From assembly GCA_965603825.1 (NCBI GenBank), contig CBFDEM010000041.1:310001-374000 (forward strand): a stretch of DNA of 64,000 bases. The letters run 5' to 3'. Positions 10,846-22,908 of this stretch are shown here, one piece after another. Under the pieces are notes generated by a model. The model was not told the origin of the DNA and made no database searches. It saw only the letters and a program-made list of their open reading frames with translations. The stretch's first letter is position 1. Each line of letters starts with the position of its first letter. The position numbers and the translations under genes were made by a program. Source of the stretch: Blepharisma stoltei ATCC 30299. Its lineage: Eukaryota > Protista > Ciliophora.

Positions 10846-12394
10846 ATGTAAAGCTTATTTCAGGTCTCGTTCAAGTAGTGTCCCACGGCGTTCATCTTCT
10901 CCTTCTAAAGCCCACAGTATTGGCCACTATATGCTTGGAAGATCTATAGGAGAAGGCACGTTTGGAAAAGTTATGCTCGGAACTCATATCCTCACAGGCG
11001 AAAAAGTCGCTATAAAAGTCCTCGAAAAAGACCGAATCAAAGATTCATCAGATGTCGAGCGTGTTTCACGAGAAATAAAAATCCTCAAAATGATGCGGCA
11101 CACTAACATTATACAATTATATGAAATAATTGAAGCTCCCAAACAGTTGTATTTAATCATGGAATACGTCTGCGGAGGTGAGCTGTTTGATTTTATAGTG
11201 GCTAGAGGAAAAGTCAAAGAAAACCAAGCATGTTTATTTCTGCAGCAAATTTTGTCTGGAGTTGAATATATCCATAAACTAGGAATTGTGCACAGAGACT
11301 TGAAGCCAGAAAATTTATTGCTGGACGAAAGCCGAAATATAAAAATCGTGGATTTTGGCCTAAGTAATACTTATAGGCCAGGGGAAACCTTAAAAACAGC
11401 TTGTGGGAGTCCTTGCTACGCAGCCCCCGAAATGATTGCGGGGAAAAGGTATCATGGGATTACTGTAGATATATGAAGCTGCGGTGTTATTTTATATGCA
11501 GCTATATGCGGATACCTTCCATTCGAAGATGAGAATACATCAGTGCTATATAAGAAAATCATGAGTGGGGATTATAAATGCCCTAAATGGGTAAGTTTCG
11601 AGGCCCAAGATCTATTGAAAAGAATTTTAAACACCAATCCAGAAGACAGATATACAATTGATATGATAAGAAGGCATCCGTGGTTTTTAAGGCACGCAGA
11701 AGCAAATAGTATTGTAAAATATGACGAAATAGTAGCAGATGAAAATGTCCTAAATCAACTGGACCAATATGGAATCGATTTAGAAAACGCAAGAGAAGCT
11801 ATCATTCAAGGAAAACATAATCATGTCACAGCTACTTATTATTTACAGTTAAAGAAAAGCAAAGCGAATGAAGGGCTGAATCTATCAAAAACTCCAAGTA
11901 ATCCTGCCCCTCCTCCAGCACCACTGCCAGTTGCTTCTCCGAATCCTCATCCACCATTTAAGCCAATTCCTGCAGAAATTAAGCTTATGAACCCAAAAAT
12001 CAAGCGATTTTTGGAAAATATAAGAGTTGAGAGCACAGGTGGAAGCTCATCAAAAGAAGCAGATTTGGCTTATAAAACTCAAGATTTCACAAGGAGCTAT
12101 TATAAAAGAGAAGGCTCCACAAGGGCAGGACAAAGGATAAAACTCTATTCGCAGTTAACTCCACATCAGCCTAATGAGCCAAGATCTGTCTCAACAAATC
12201 CTCGAGTAGGGAAATATAAGCCTAAAGAGCCAGAATCTGCAAAGCCACCTGCTCCAAGAACTTTCAGAGGGAGACATTTCGTGAAAAGGGAAAAATCGCC
12301 TATATCAGCAAATATGGAAAATCACTTGAATCTCTCCTTTAACCATAGTCCAAGAGCTACAACAGCTATGGACTATTTTAACACCCAATTTTAA
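10846..12394 (+). CDS. SNF1/AMPK-related (CAMK group) kinase with UBA-like region
   Basis: ORFs 10931-11476 and 11543-12394 join via DI-TGA-SCGVILY (DxWSxG); [14 protein letters not shown] present. The start at 10846 depends on the proposed intron 10848-10863; otherwise it is 10931. Confidence 0.9.
10848..10863 (+). other. Putative 16-nt spliceosomal intron interrupting the ATG
   Basis: GTAAAGCTTATTTCAG; removal gives AT|G TCT CGT in frame with the kinase. Confidence 0.55.
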
Positions 12395-12478
12395 AAATTT
12401 TTTGTATAATTTGAATTTTTTATTTTTTGTACGCAGATCTGCAAATTTTGAATAATTTTAGAATATTTAAAATCGAAA

Positions 12479-12955
12479 ATGGAAAGTCTGATACAGTCAA
12501 GATCAACAGAAGGCTTCATAATCCGAAGACTTGAAATTGGGGACTACAATAAAGGGTTTTGTGAGCTGCTATCAAACCTCACTGTTGTAGGAAACTTGAC
12601 TGAGGAGACTTTCCAAGGCATTTTCAATCGAATTAATAGCAAACCAAATGAATATTTTATAATTGTCTTTGAAGACAGAGTCAGTGAAAAATTGCTTGCA
12701 CACGGAACTTTATTAGTAGAGGAAAAATTCATTCATGCTGGCGGAAAGGTAGGACATATTGAAGATATAGTTGTGGCTAAAGGATGCCAAGGCAGAGGAT
12801 TAGGCAAGCAATTAGTTACACTTTTAATTGACTTAAGCAAAGAATTAGGGTGCTATAAAGTGATATTGGATTGCAAAGAAGAGTTAAAAGGATTTTACGA
12901 GAGCTGTGGGATGGAGCAACGATCAATTGAGATGGCTAAATATCATAATTCATAA
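12479..12955 (+). CDS. GNA1: Glucosamine-6-phosphate N-acetyltransferase
   Basis: EEKFIH, GHIEDIVV, QGRGLGK, GCYKVILDC and FYESCG. Confidence 0.93.
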   Translation: MESLIQSRSTEGFIIRRLEIGDYNKGFCELLSNLTVVGNLTEETFQGIFNRINSKPNEYFIIVFEDRVSEKLLAHGTLLVEEKFIHAGGKVGHIEDIVVAKGCQGRGLGKQLVTLLIDLSKELGCYKVILDCKEELKGFYESCGMEQRSIEMAKYHNS

Positions 12956-13302
12956 AAAATTAAGAGCATAATATTTATGATAGAATATTTAATACTTAAT
13001 TATTCTGGCTCTCCAAAAGCCTAATAAATTATGACTTAGATTAATGTAGCATTACTATTTAAAGAGGAATGCTTAAAGAATTATCCAAAAAATGTTATAA
13101 GAAATGCATATTTAAAGATAAAGTAATTAGATCTAATTAAACATCATCAAAATTTTAATCGATTTATATATGCATTTAAATTTAATTTTTGGGGATAAAT
13201 TTCTCATTTAAATTAATTAATTTTAAATTTAATAAAAATTTCTAAAAATTATTGCTTTATTTTTATAATATTTTATTTAAAAAAGGGGCCAACTAAACTT
13301 AA

Positions 13303-14520
13303 ATGGCAGGCATAAAATTTAATCCTGATGCTCAGATTATTAGATTTTTTGTTCATCAACCTCCAAATGTTCTTCTAAAAAGCACAACAGAGCACATTCA
13401 AGATGAAACTTTCCAAGCACAAGAGATGGACCAGATCAAGCTAAAAATCAGAAGAAATCCTTTTGCAGAATTTGACGAAGAAGAAGAGGAAGAGAGAAAA
13501 CTTGAAGTTATCACTTATGTTTCCTATGAAAATATCTGATGCACGAGCGTTCACTTCTACATCAATGTAATTCTCTATGATATCTTAGCCAGCGAAGTGG
13601 CTCAAAGAATTTTATACTTCGTTAAGGCATTCGGCCCAGTCCAGCATATTTTCATTGTAAAGCCAAACCAGGCAACTGCAGATGACTTTACTTTAGGCGT
13701 AGAAGGAGCTTTATTTGGAATTCTAATGGAAAATGCGAACTATGCAAAGCCCTTTTTGTTAAAGGAAAATAAAATCGAAATCCCTGATTTAGGGTATGTC
13801 GCTGTTTTCCCTGGAAGTATGGGAGAAGATGTATGGAATAAATTCCAGAAAGAAACAAATTATCTGCAAGGGTTCTTTTTTGTAGGAAAAGATATGGTCG
13901 ATTATAGGCCTGAATGTCTATGCTACTTTGCATCTCTTCCTAAAGGATCTTTTCCATACAGAGTAGCCCAAGAAATTCGTTCTCATGGTATCGATGAGCC
14001 TATACATATGTTAAAAAATCCATTTGAAGAAAAATCTATAATGAGGCTTGAATTTCGGGAAGAAAAATCTGTTAATGCTTTACTGAAGCTTTGCATGAAA
14101 ATTAACAACAAGCCAATTATCATATTGCCTTGCCTAGACAGAACCCCTGTTGAGGAATTATATAAAGCTTATGAAGTGCTTATACTAGGATATAACCAGA
14201 CCTTGCATACTGGAGAGCTACTCAAAGCTTTGGTAAATAACTTTGGGCCTGTTGTAGAGCTTGTTTTAAATGCTGGGATAAATAATAATGGAAACCAGTG
14301 TACTTTGGTAGTTTTTCAGACTATCAGGGCTGTAGAAACTTGCTTGAAAAAAGGAGAAATTATTGTTAAAAAACTACGATTGAGATTTGAAGCTGTGACG
14401 AGGCCTTATAGACTGACAGGAAGAATGGTCTTTAATAGAGTTTATAATTCTGATCCACCTGTTCGACCGCTTGAAATTATTCCTTCTCCTTATTCGTTTA
14501 CAGAGCCACTTGAAGGATAA
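13303..14520 (+). CDS. Hypothetical protein with divergent RRM-like repeats
   Basis: Two ORFs join in frame via TGA at 13537. Repeated 'FGPV' helix-strand patterns. Confidence 0.55.
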
Positions 14521-14779
14521 TCGAACTATATACCAGGTAGCCATCTCATATAAATATTCTTAAATAAGAAACTAGCACAATAATTTAATTGGAATTAATA
14601 TGAATTTTAAAATGCTAAGTAAATATATATAGAAGGGGAATTTTCGATTAATAGAGAAATAAACATTCTTCTTCTGTTTAACCTCTCAAGTATTCACTTT
14701 CTAATTAGTCTTTCATATTTTACTTTTAAGTAATTTATAAATCACTTTTTCTTTATACGTAAAATTAAATATTATTAAA

Positions 14780-15424
14780 ATGGAATTTCTTAAAGTAAAT
14801 AGCAGCCGAAAAGACTGAAAGCTGAAGATCAAACAAAATCGCCGAGAAGAAGGCAATAATTTATTGAATTCCCTTTCGCGAAAACATTATGAACGTAGCG
14901 CTTTATTTAACCGAAGTTTTTCAAAGATCGTTTTAAAAGAGAAACCTATTATAGAAGAAAATTACAACAAAAAAACTCGTAGTTCTACAAAACTTCCATC
15001 GGTCAAAAAAAGCAGGAAAAGACGGCTGATTTTAGTGCAAAAGCAAGAAGTGACTTCTTTATCACCGAATAAAAATGGGAGTTTAAGTCCCGTTTGGCGA
15101 GATTCCCTGATAAATAGTAAAAAATTGGAAATTAGCTCAAGAAGCTTTATTGAGCCGATTTCTTATCAAACAAGCGGTTCAGCTTTTCCATCAAGAAGAG
15201 ACACAACTATAAAGCAAAAATATTTAAACTTTAAGCTATCATATAGAAAATCTCCACAAGAGAAATCTGTTAGTAATAAAAGTTTCTTGATTCGGCGATT
15301 TTCAAAAGAAGAGAAATGCAGTAAGCTAACTAAGAAAAAAACAGACAAGCAAACTGTACTATCAGAAAATGACGAATGCTCATGCTATGATAGTGGAGAT
15401 GAGATATTTAAAAATATCTATTAA
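14780..15424 (+). CDS. Hypothetical basic Ser/Lys-rich protein
   Basis: An upstream ATG at 14780 is in frame through one TGA. Confidence 0.55.
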
Positions 15425-15693
15425 TTCACAACTCAAAAATACAAAAGCAATAGTGTATAAGAAGCGTAGATGCCTCTAAATCGTTGCTATATCTAATTCA
15501 ATTTTTCAAAATTTCTATTAAATAATATGGTTATTGCATTTAAGCTAACTCCACGTTACGCTTTAAGACATAATAATACACAAAAATGCATGAATCTCTA
15601 TTATATATAATTCAGGAAATCTCGATAATAAAAGACAAGCCTTTACGATTTATCTATTTTCATATCATATTTGACTTCATCGTAAAATTAGCA

Positions 15694-17304
15694 TTAATTG
15701 TTTTCCTTATAAGACAAAGCGGTCCTTCGGTCCATTGAATTCAGTTCTAACCCAGGAGAAAGCGGCATTTTATTATCACTCACACTTTTACTTCGGCTAT
15801 TTGTTGTATCAAACGACCCCAGCCTGCTCATAATCAGTTTTTTTACAGCAGTCTGTCGTCTTCCTTTCATAGCAGCTCTACTGCTATTGCTCCCGATGCT
15901 TGAATGCGAAGACGTTCGTCTTATAGCATCCAAAGGAACTGGCAGGGTCGCTCTGTGCTTCTTTTTATCAAGCTTCACAAGCTTATTTAGGTTTTTATTT
16001 ATAGCTTTGATTTTTTCCAAAACAGAGAACTCGTCTTTCAAATATCGAGCCCCTAAGCTTTCATAGACTCGGGAATGTGCCAAATAGTCTTGCATTCTTT
16101 TCATAGCATGGCCAGTCATGTCTCCAACCTCACTCATCTGTTCTCGAAACAGAGGGTTCTTTTGGATTTTTATCTGGACTCTATTGAAGTTAAATTTATA
16201 CACACAAGCTTGGTACTCTATTAAAAATTTTATTCGTGGCTGTCTCGCAACACGCATTTTTGCGTATTTTCACCATTTTTGTATGAGAATTGCAGCGAAA
16301 TCTGCAAGTTTGTTTTTAATCCTTTTTTTGTATTTGACTAAAGCATAAAGCTTAATTTCGTTATCAGAAAATGAGGTGATTTCTCTTACTATGATAACTA
16401 GTGAAGATACAAAAAAAGGACCAAAAACGCAGGCCACAACAACCAGAGCTCGGCCAAGGTGGGTTTCAGGAACTACATCGCCATAGCCAACTGTTTCTTG
16501 GGTTGAGGCGAGGATTCAAAATGCATCTCATATGTAGTCAAAGCTACTGGCTGGAGAAGTCCTTTCAAATACATGAAGGATTAGTCCACCTACCAAACTT
16601 AAAGAACCAGATAATACTACTATACTTTTAAATGGATGCATTTGCATATAGCACTTTAGTGTAAACCACACTGATGTCTTGGTATTCTGCAATGCAGAGT
16701 AAAAATAGGCTTTCGCTGTGTTGAATGAAGAAGTTTCGAAAAGAAGCTTTCCTATATGGTATAGTCGTAAGAATGAGAGAGCATATATGATATCAGAAAT
16801 TGATAAAATTGCATAAGTCTCTAGTTGGTGGAACTTTTCTTTTCAACTAATATAAGGTGGGACACAAAAGCATGTCAGCAGCATTTCTATCGTCATGTTT
16901 CTCATCAGCCTAAGGTCATAATGGATTTTGCTTTTCTTTGTAACTTCTTTGTATGCTTTTTTGATTTCCAGCGTTCCTAAGTAATATTTATATATGAAAT
17001 ACATGTGTAAAATAGTCACAATCATAATAATTAATCGCAGAATATTACTTGAATTTGTAGGGTGTTGGTGATTAAAATATTCCAGTTCATTCTCAAAAAA
17101 AGCAAGAAAAAGAGTTAGGATAGAAATCGCAGCGGAAACAAAAGCAAGATTTCTTTGACTTTTTCTGATGTCCATTATGTCTTTTGTAGGCAAAAATGAG
17201 CTTAAAATTTTTGGCAGTCCTCGCTTTTTTGTGGAGGCTCTTGAAGAGGTCTTGGAAGATGGTGTCCCATTTGGAAGTGAAATTTTATGCTGTGCATTAG
17301 ACAT
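15694..17304 (-). CDS. Small-conductance Ca2+-activated (SK/KCNN-like) potassium channel
   Basis: One frame runs from 17304 to 15694 with TGA=W. Pore reads DYI-W-DAF-W-ILASTQETVGYGDVVP; a CaM-binding-like AAILIQKWWK follows. Confidence 0.88.
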
Positions 17305-17719
17305 TATTATGAAAAATTAAAACAAATTTGCAATAGAAAAATAATATCAAGTATGCAATAATAATGAGATCTGAAGTTTAAATTTCTGAACAGAAACTAT
17401 ATCAAGTGAAAAATGCTCTTTATTAAATATATCAATAAACTTAAAAGAGATTTCAGCCTAATAAGTAGGCATGACTTTGTGAAAAGTATTATAGATAAAA
17501 AGAACTCTTGCTCTGCTTCTAATAGCATGTTTTGCTACTCAAGAAGAGAATAATATATTTTATCCTACAGCTTCACTCTATTTAGTAAATATTTTATTAG
17601 CTAATCATATCGGAAGATAACAATCCGCTAACCAAATCTATCTCAAAAAGATAATACTCAGTAGAAAATTGCACTTTTACTTCAAATAAATAATAAAATT
17701 AGTGAAAACTTAAGTATTA

Positions 17720-18892
17720 ATGGCAAGCAGTCTTTTTGTTTTTCTCTGACTTGGCTTTGCATCTCTCATCTACATCCCTGTCGGGATTCTGCTATTTCTC
17801 AAGGCATCTAAAAAAGCAATAAAAAACCGATCATCACAAATGGTAATAATTACTCACTGAAGCAACTATATACAATGTGTCATTCTAATTCTCACTCTTT
17901 ATGTCAGCTTTTCCAATATGGGACCCAATGAATTCGATCACATATATCGGGCTGTAGCAATTATTGTTCATTATTCAATGTATTTCCCCTTCTTATTGCG
18001 CTGTTACCGAGTATATTTCATATTCAAAGTAGATTTTAACTGAGACGAGGAAGACAATGTTTTCAGGAAAAATATTCACCGCACAAGCCAGAAGTGGCTG
18101 GTAAAAGTTTACTTATATATTTTGATTGTAGTAGTGGCTGCTGCATCTATCATCAGCTCTTTGGATGTAATCAATGAATATTTCCCTATTGCTTACTATG
18201 ATGGGAATTCTGAGAGCAGCCAGAGGACTGAGATTATATATTTGTTTGTGCTCTTTATTGAAGAAATGACGTTTGTTATAGCAGTTTTTAACTTGAGGAA
18301 TGTAAATGATGATTTTTCAATGTCAAAAGAGCTGACTTTGATTTGTGGATTGTGAATTTTAACAGGGCTGGTTTCTACATTTGATGACCCTTATTGAAGA
18401 ATAGAGTCAGTGATCAGAAACCACCTCATTATGGTCACATCGTCAATATATCCGCTGTGAAAAACATATGAAGAGCAAGCTTCTTATGAGGAAGCACTCA
18501 CAATCGAAATGCTGCAGTCCTTGGAGTTAATTTTGCAAAGCAAAACTACATTGGAAGCCTTTGAAAAAGCTCTAAATAGCCAACAAGATAATGAACTTGG
18601 CATACAAAGTGGAGAGTTTTTACAGTTATGAATCAAATGTGAGCTCTACAGACATAGCCCAGAAAAGGAGCTAGAAGGAGAAATACGATTTGGTGCAAGC
18701 AACCTCAAACTGTCAGGAGAAACAATTTCGCTGATTCAAGAAGAGGTTTTTGGGATCCTAAACGTGAGATATTTCCCTATATTCAAGAACTCACAAATTT
18801 ATGAAGATTTAATGAGAGACATCACAAGGCAGCAAATTTATTATAGTAGGATTATGCAGACTTCACTATATGGAGATGGAGTAGTTTCATAA
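17720..18892 (+). CDS. 7-transmembrane protein with C-terminal RGS domain (7TM-RGS)
   Basis: 390-aa frame with 7 TGA=W. About 7 hydrophobic segments, then LELILQS..EAFEKAL, EFLQLWIKCELYR and IQEEVFGILNVRYFPIFKNSQIY (RGS helices). Confidence 0.72.
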
Positions 18893-18956
18893 ATATTGTA
18901 ATAAACATAGAAATTCTCAAATCTTTTTAACTTATGAAAATATTACTCAGTTTAAT

Positions 18957-20234
18957 ATGGCGAATGCAATCCAAAATGAGGCAAGCAAGCTTGGATGGAG
19001 ATGACTTCTGCAGGTGATTATTGATCATTCAAAGAAACTTCCAGTAAAACTGCAAGTATTGGACACTGCTTTTATTGACTCTGAAAATGATATTGGTCTA
19101 TGGGTTTATACTGACAACCTTGGTTACGTTCATTCAAAACCGAAGTCTCAACTGAAAGCTACAGAAATAGTAAGATCGTTCCTGAGAAATAATCTTTCCA
19201 AAGAAGAGCAAGTACATTTTAAAAATGCATTAGATCATAAGGATGAATGACTAAAAATCCAGTATAGGGACCGGAAAACTTGTTTCAGTGTTAAAAAAGA
19301 TGAATCAAGAAAAGTGCTTTATCTTTCAAATTTGACAAAAGTAATGGGGCAGTCATTCCAAACTGTTTTTAAAGACTTGGAAGCTCTTCAATTGTATAAA
19401 TCCTCAGCATTTTCTAATGATTACTTTTATATTGTATATATAGACCAATCAGATGATGATTTTAAATTTGAAATGAAAAAAATTATATATAATCATAATT
19501 ATCCAAACCGAATTAGCCGAATCGATATCATCAGTAATTTAGCTCTTGAGGAAAATATTAAAAAAATCTGCAATGATGCGATTTCTTATATAAGTGACAA
19601 CTATAAGGTTATTCACTGCGAATTTTTGCTAATTGAAGATAAGCAAAATAAGTTGTGGCTGGCAGGGCTACAGAACTCAGCAATTTATAATAAAAATTCT
19701 TCGCCTAAGAATAATAAAAGTGTTGAGTGTGATGAAATGAATTTTGACTCGCCATTAAAACACAGAGCTCCGAGCTTAAATTCGTCATTCTTAGATTTGT
19801 CAAGAGGTTCTACTCCCCAATTTGCAAAAGGCCATATGAGAAGCTATACAAATATTTTGCCTGCCAAATTTCTAATAGATTCAAGTGAAAAAGTGTTTAT
19901 TCGAAGGAGATCTAAAAGGCAAGTGAGTTATGCGAATGTAATTGAAAGAGTCCCTATAACTGATTTTTCTGCTGTAATTCAAGATTTCCAAAATCACAAA
20001 TCGCAATCTATGAAAAAGCTAATACTGCCAAGATCTATCTGAAAATTGAAGCACAAGTCTAAAACTCATTTATCGATGTCTTATTCTCAATCAACAACTA
20101 GCATAAACGAGAAAAACAATGAAAACCTGCCATCTAAAATAAAGTTTAGATACTTTCCAAAGCATATTAAGGGTGAAAGTAAAATTGTTGAAGCTATAAA
20201 TAGAGTGTTTAATAGTAAAGCGTGGCTTAATTAA
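18957..20234 (+). CDS. Hypothetical protein
   Basis: Three ORFs fuse in frame through TGA=W, from ATG at 18957 to TAA at 20234. Confidence 0.65.
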
Positions 20235-20398
20235 CCACTTGTATAAAAATCATTATCTCAGTATTTTCATTAAGATTTATTTTATTTTAACATAATATTT
20301 ATAAGTTAACTTCAAATCCAGTCTTTCTTATACTTTTAATAATTATAGCATGAAAAATATGAGTTCCCTTAAAAATTGGCCATCTTATCTATAATTCT

Positions 20399-21691
20399 AT
20401 GGAGCAGAGCTTAATTCAAGAAATCCCCCAGCCAAAAGAACCAGAAAACCAAATTGAATCAGCCCAGGTTGAATCTCAAACTCAAGAATCCAACCAAACC
20501 TCAGAAGTTCCAGAAGAAAGCAAAGTCGAAATTCAGGAAGCAGCAAATCCAAACCCAAATGCTGAAGAAATATCCACTGCAGAGCTCTCAAAACCAATTG
20601 AAAACTCAGAAAAAATTTCAATTCAAACTTCTGCTGAAGAATCTAAAATCCAAGCTAAATCAGCATCTCCCTCCCAAATTTCCCAGAGCCCCAAAGAGCC
20701 AGCAAAACCTGCTCCAAAAGAAGCACCAAGATCTCTTCCAAAGCCAACACTTATTGAAGTTGCTGAAGTAAAAGAACAAGAATCCCAGGCAGACAAACTC
20801 AAGCAATTAAGTAATTTCTAATTAGAAAATCTCCTCAAGGATCGTATCAGCGAAGCCAAAGCCCTCATCGACTCAGCTCTTCCAGCTAACGAAAAAATAA
20901 AACTTCTTATTGACCGCTTGACAGATCAGATCCCCTGCACGAAAATGCTTGAAAGTGAAATCCAAAGCAATCGCAAACGTGTGACAAACATGGCTCGTGA
21001 GAAAGAATCCCTCATCAACGAGCTTTCCTCTGAGCGTGAAATGCGCAGGAAGCTGGAAAACTACTGCAGAGAAATCCAAAAGCAAAATCGCCAAATCCAG
21101 GATGAGTGCAAGAGCATGACTGATGACGAAAAAAAGAAACGCGAAGAGCTCACAGAGAAACTTAATAATGCTTTAAAAGAAGTGACTAGCAAATTTGAAG
21201 AAAACGAACAGGAAAGAATAAAACAGATTGAGGAAAACGAAAACTTAAAGCAGAGGATGCAAGAGCTAGGGAATCATGCTATACAAAGAGATGATGAGTA
21301 CCAAAAAATAATTATGCAGAAAGATTTGGAAACTCAGCTATGCAAGGTACAACTGGAATATAAGGCAGGATTCAAGGAAGCTGAACTGAAAAATCAATTG
21401 GTTTTATATAAGGACAGGTTTGAAGAGTTTTCGAGCACCATAACAAAGAGCAATAGTGCATTTGAAACGATCAGAGCTGAAGTGAAAAAAGTGGACGATA
21501 GATTGCAGGCTGAGCAAGACATAAATAAAGAGCTGAGAAAAAGAAAAGAAAAAGCTGATATTGGAATTGTGGAAATATTAACAGCCAAAAATAATTGGAA
21601 AAAAGAACTAGCTGAGCTTAAAGCAAGACACGATGCACTTAAGGGTGAATGCAGTAGGCTGCTAATTGAGAAGAAAAATCGAGCCACTTAA
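20399..21691 (+). CDS. Taxilin-family coiled-coil protein (one intron)
   Basis: KLENYCREIQKQN, LKNQLVLYKDRFEEFSSTITKSNSAF; the two parts are joined by intron 20811-20825. Confidence 0.85.
20811..20825 (+). other. 15-nt spliceosomal intron
   Basis: GTAATTTCTAATTAG, with A at position 10; removal deletes an in-frame TAA. Confidence 0.88.
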
Positions 21692-22286
21692 TTTAAAGAG
21701 ATAGATAGCTTCAAAAGTAGGTTTATAAATTTAATTATGCAGGAATTAGAATTTTTATATCATTTGCTGAACTCAGGCTTTTAAATATTTTATTTTGCCG
21801 ATTAGCAAAGTAAAGTTGCTTTAGGCATTTCTCCTTGAAGCATATTCTTCAAAGATAATTGCGAAAAGATATATATTAATGTCCTCTTGTGTGAGCTGTG
21901 CTCAATCAGTGCTAGATTCATGCTACAATACTTATGTCTCTTTAATGTTGGCATAAAATATATGGATATCGTAAGTTTATGCTTTGGCATCCTCCATATT
22001 AACTTCTTTATGAAGTAAAATAGCTTATTTAATTAGTGGTTAGCAAATATATAGACGCTGATCAATGCCTTCTTAGAGCTATATTAAAAGATATAAAATT
22101 TTTGAATAACTATGATGCTATGATTAATTTATAAATTTAAGGGAGCTTAAAAATATAAAAAGTTGTTTTTTAGATATAGGCTTCAATTTAGCAATTTACT
22201 GCTATCAATAAAAAAGTTAATGACGTTCGTGAGCTGCAAATATTTATGGCCCTCAAGAATTATTACTATTAATTAACTGCATAAAA

Positions 22287-22886
22287 ATGCGTCCAACTGA
22301 TCTTGGTTTTCGCAGTCCAAAAGAAAGGACCCCAGAATTTTATAACCCTCTCATGACCTGTGATGGCCGCTCACTTTCTATTTCTCCAATAAAAATTCGC
22401 CCAAGCTTCTCTAAAAGCAAGCGTTTTCCTCAATATGAAGATGAAGCCAAAAAAACTGGCTTTCGAGTCGGCCCAGGCTCTTACAGCCAACGTTATAGAA
22501 CAGTTAGTGGTGAGCGTATAAAAGGATCTCCTTTATATCACAGATTTCATGGGAATAAAGATACATCAAATAATGGCTACTATATGATTGGAAACCATAT
22601 GGTTTATGATCCTTCTTTTGTTTTAAAAACAAGGAGAGCTAGTATTGGTGAATCTGTGTCTCGTGTTGACCCAACGCAAGTTTTATCCAACCCTGTAACT
22701 CGCACAACCTCTGCAAGTAACGATAAATTTTCGCCAAAGCACTCTCAAGGGTCTCCTTGATTTCTAAAGACAGACGGGTCGCCAAGAAGCCATCACTTTA
22801 CCATTAAGGAAGAGTCACCTAGCAATCAAAAGAGAACAGGGTCTGGAAGTGGAAGGAGGCAATTTAAGTCGCCTTATGAAAATTAA
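22287..22886 (+). CDS. Hypothetical protein with a PG-rich (SHIPPO/STPG-like) motif
   Basis: PSFSKSKRF...VGPGSY; extended through TGA at 22758 to TAA. Confidence 0.55.
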
Positions 22887-22908
22887 GAATAATGATTAAT
22901 TATATAAA

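Noticed and set aside
21821-21997. Minus-strand coding-looking stretch with TAA/TAG interruptions
   Set aside because: Short with no recognisable homology; it is not evidence for TAA/TAG reassignment or for a definable pseudogene.
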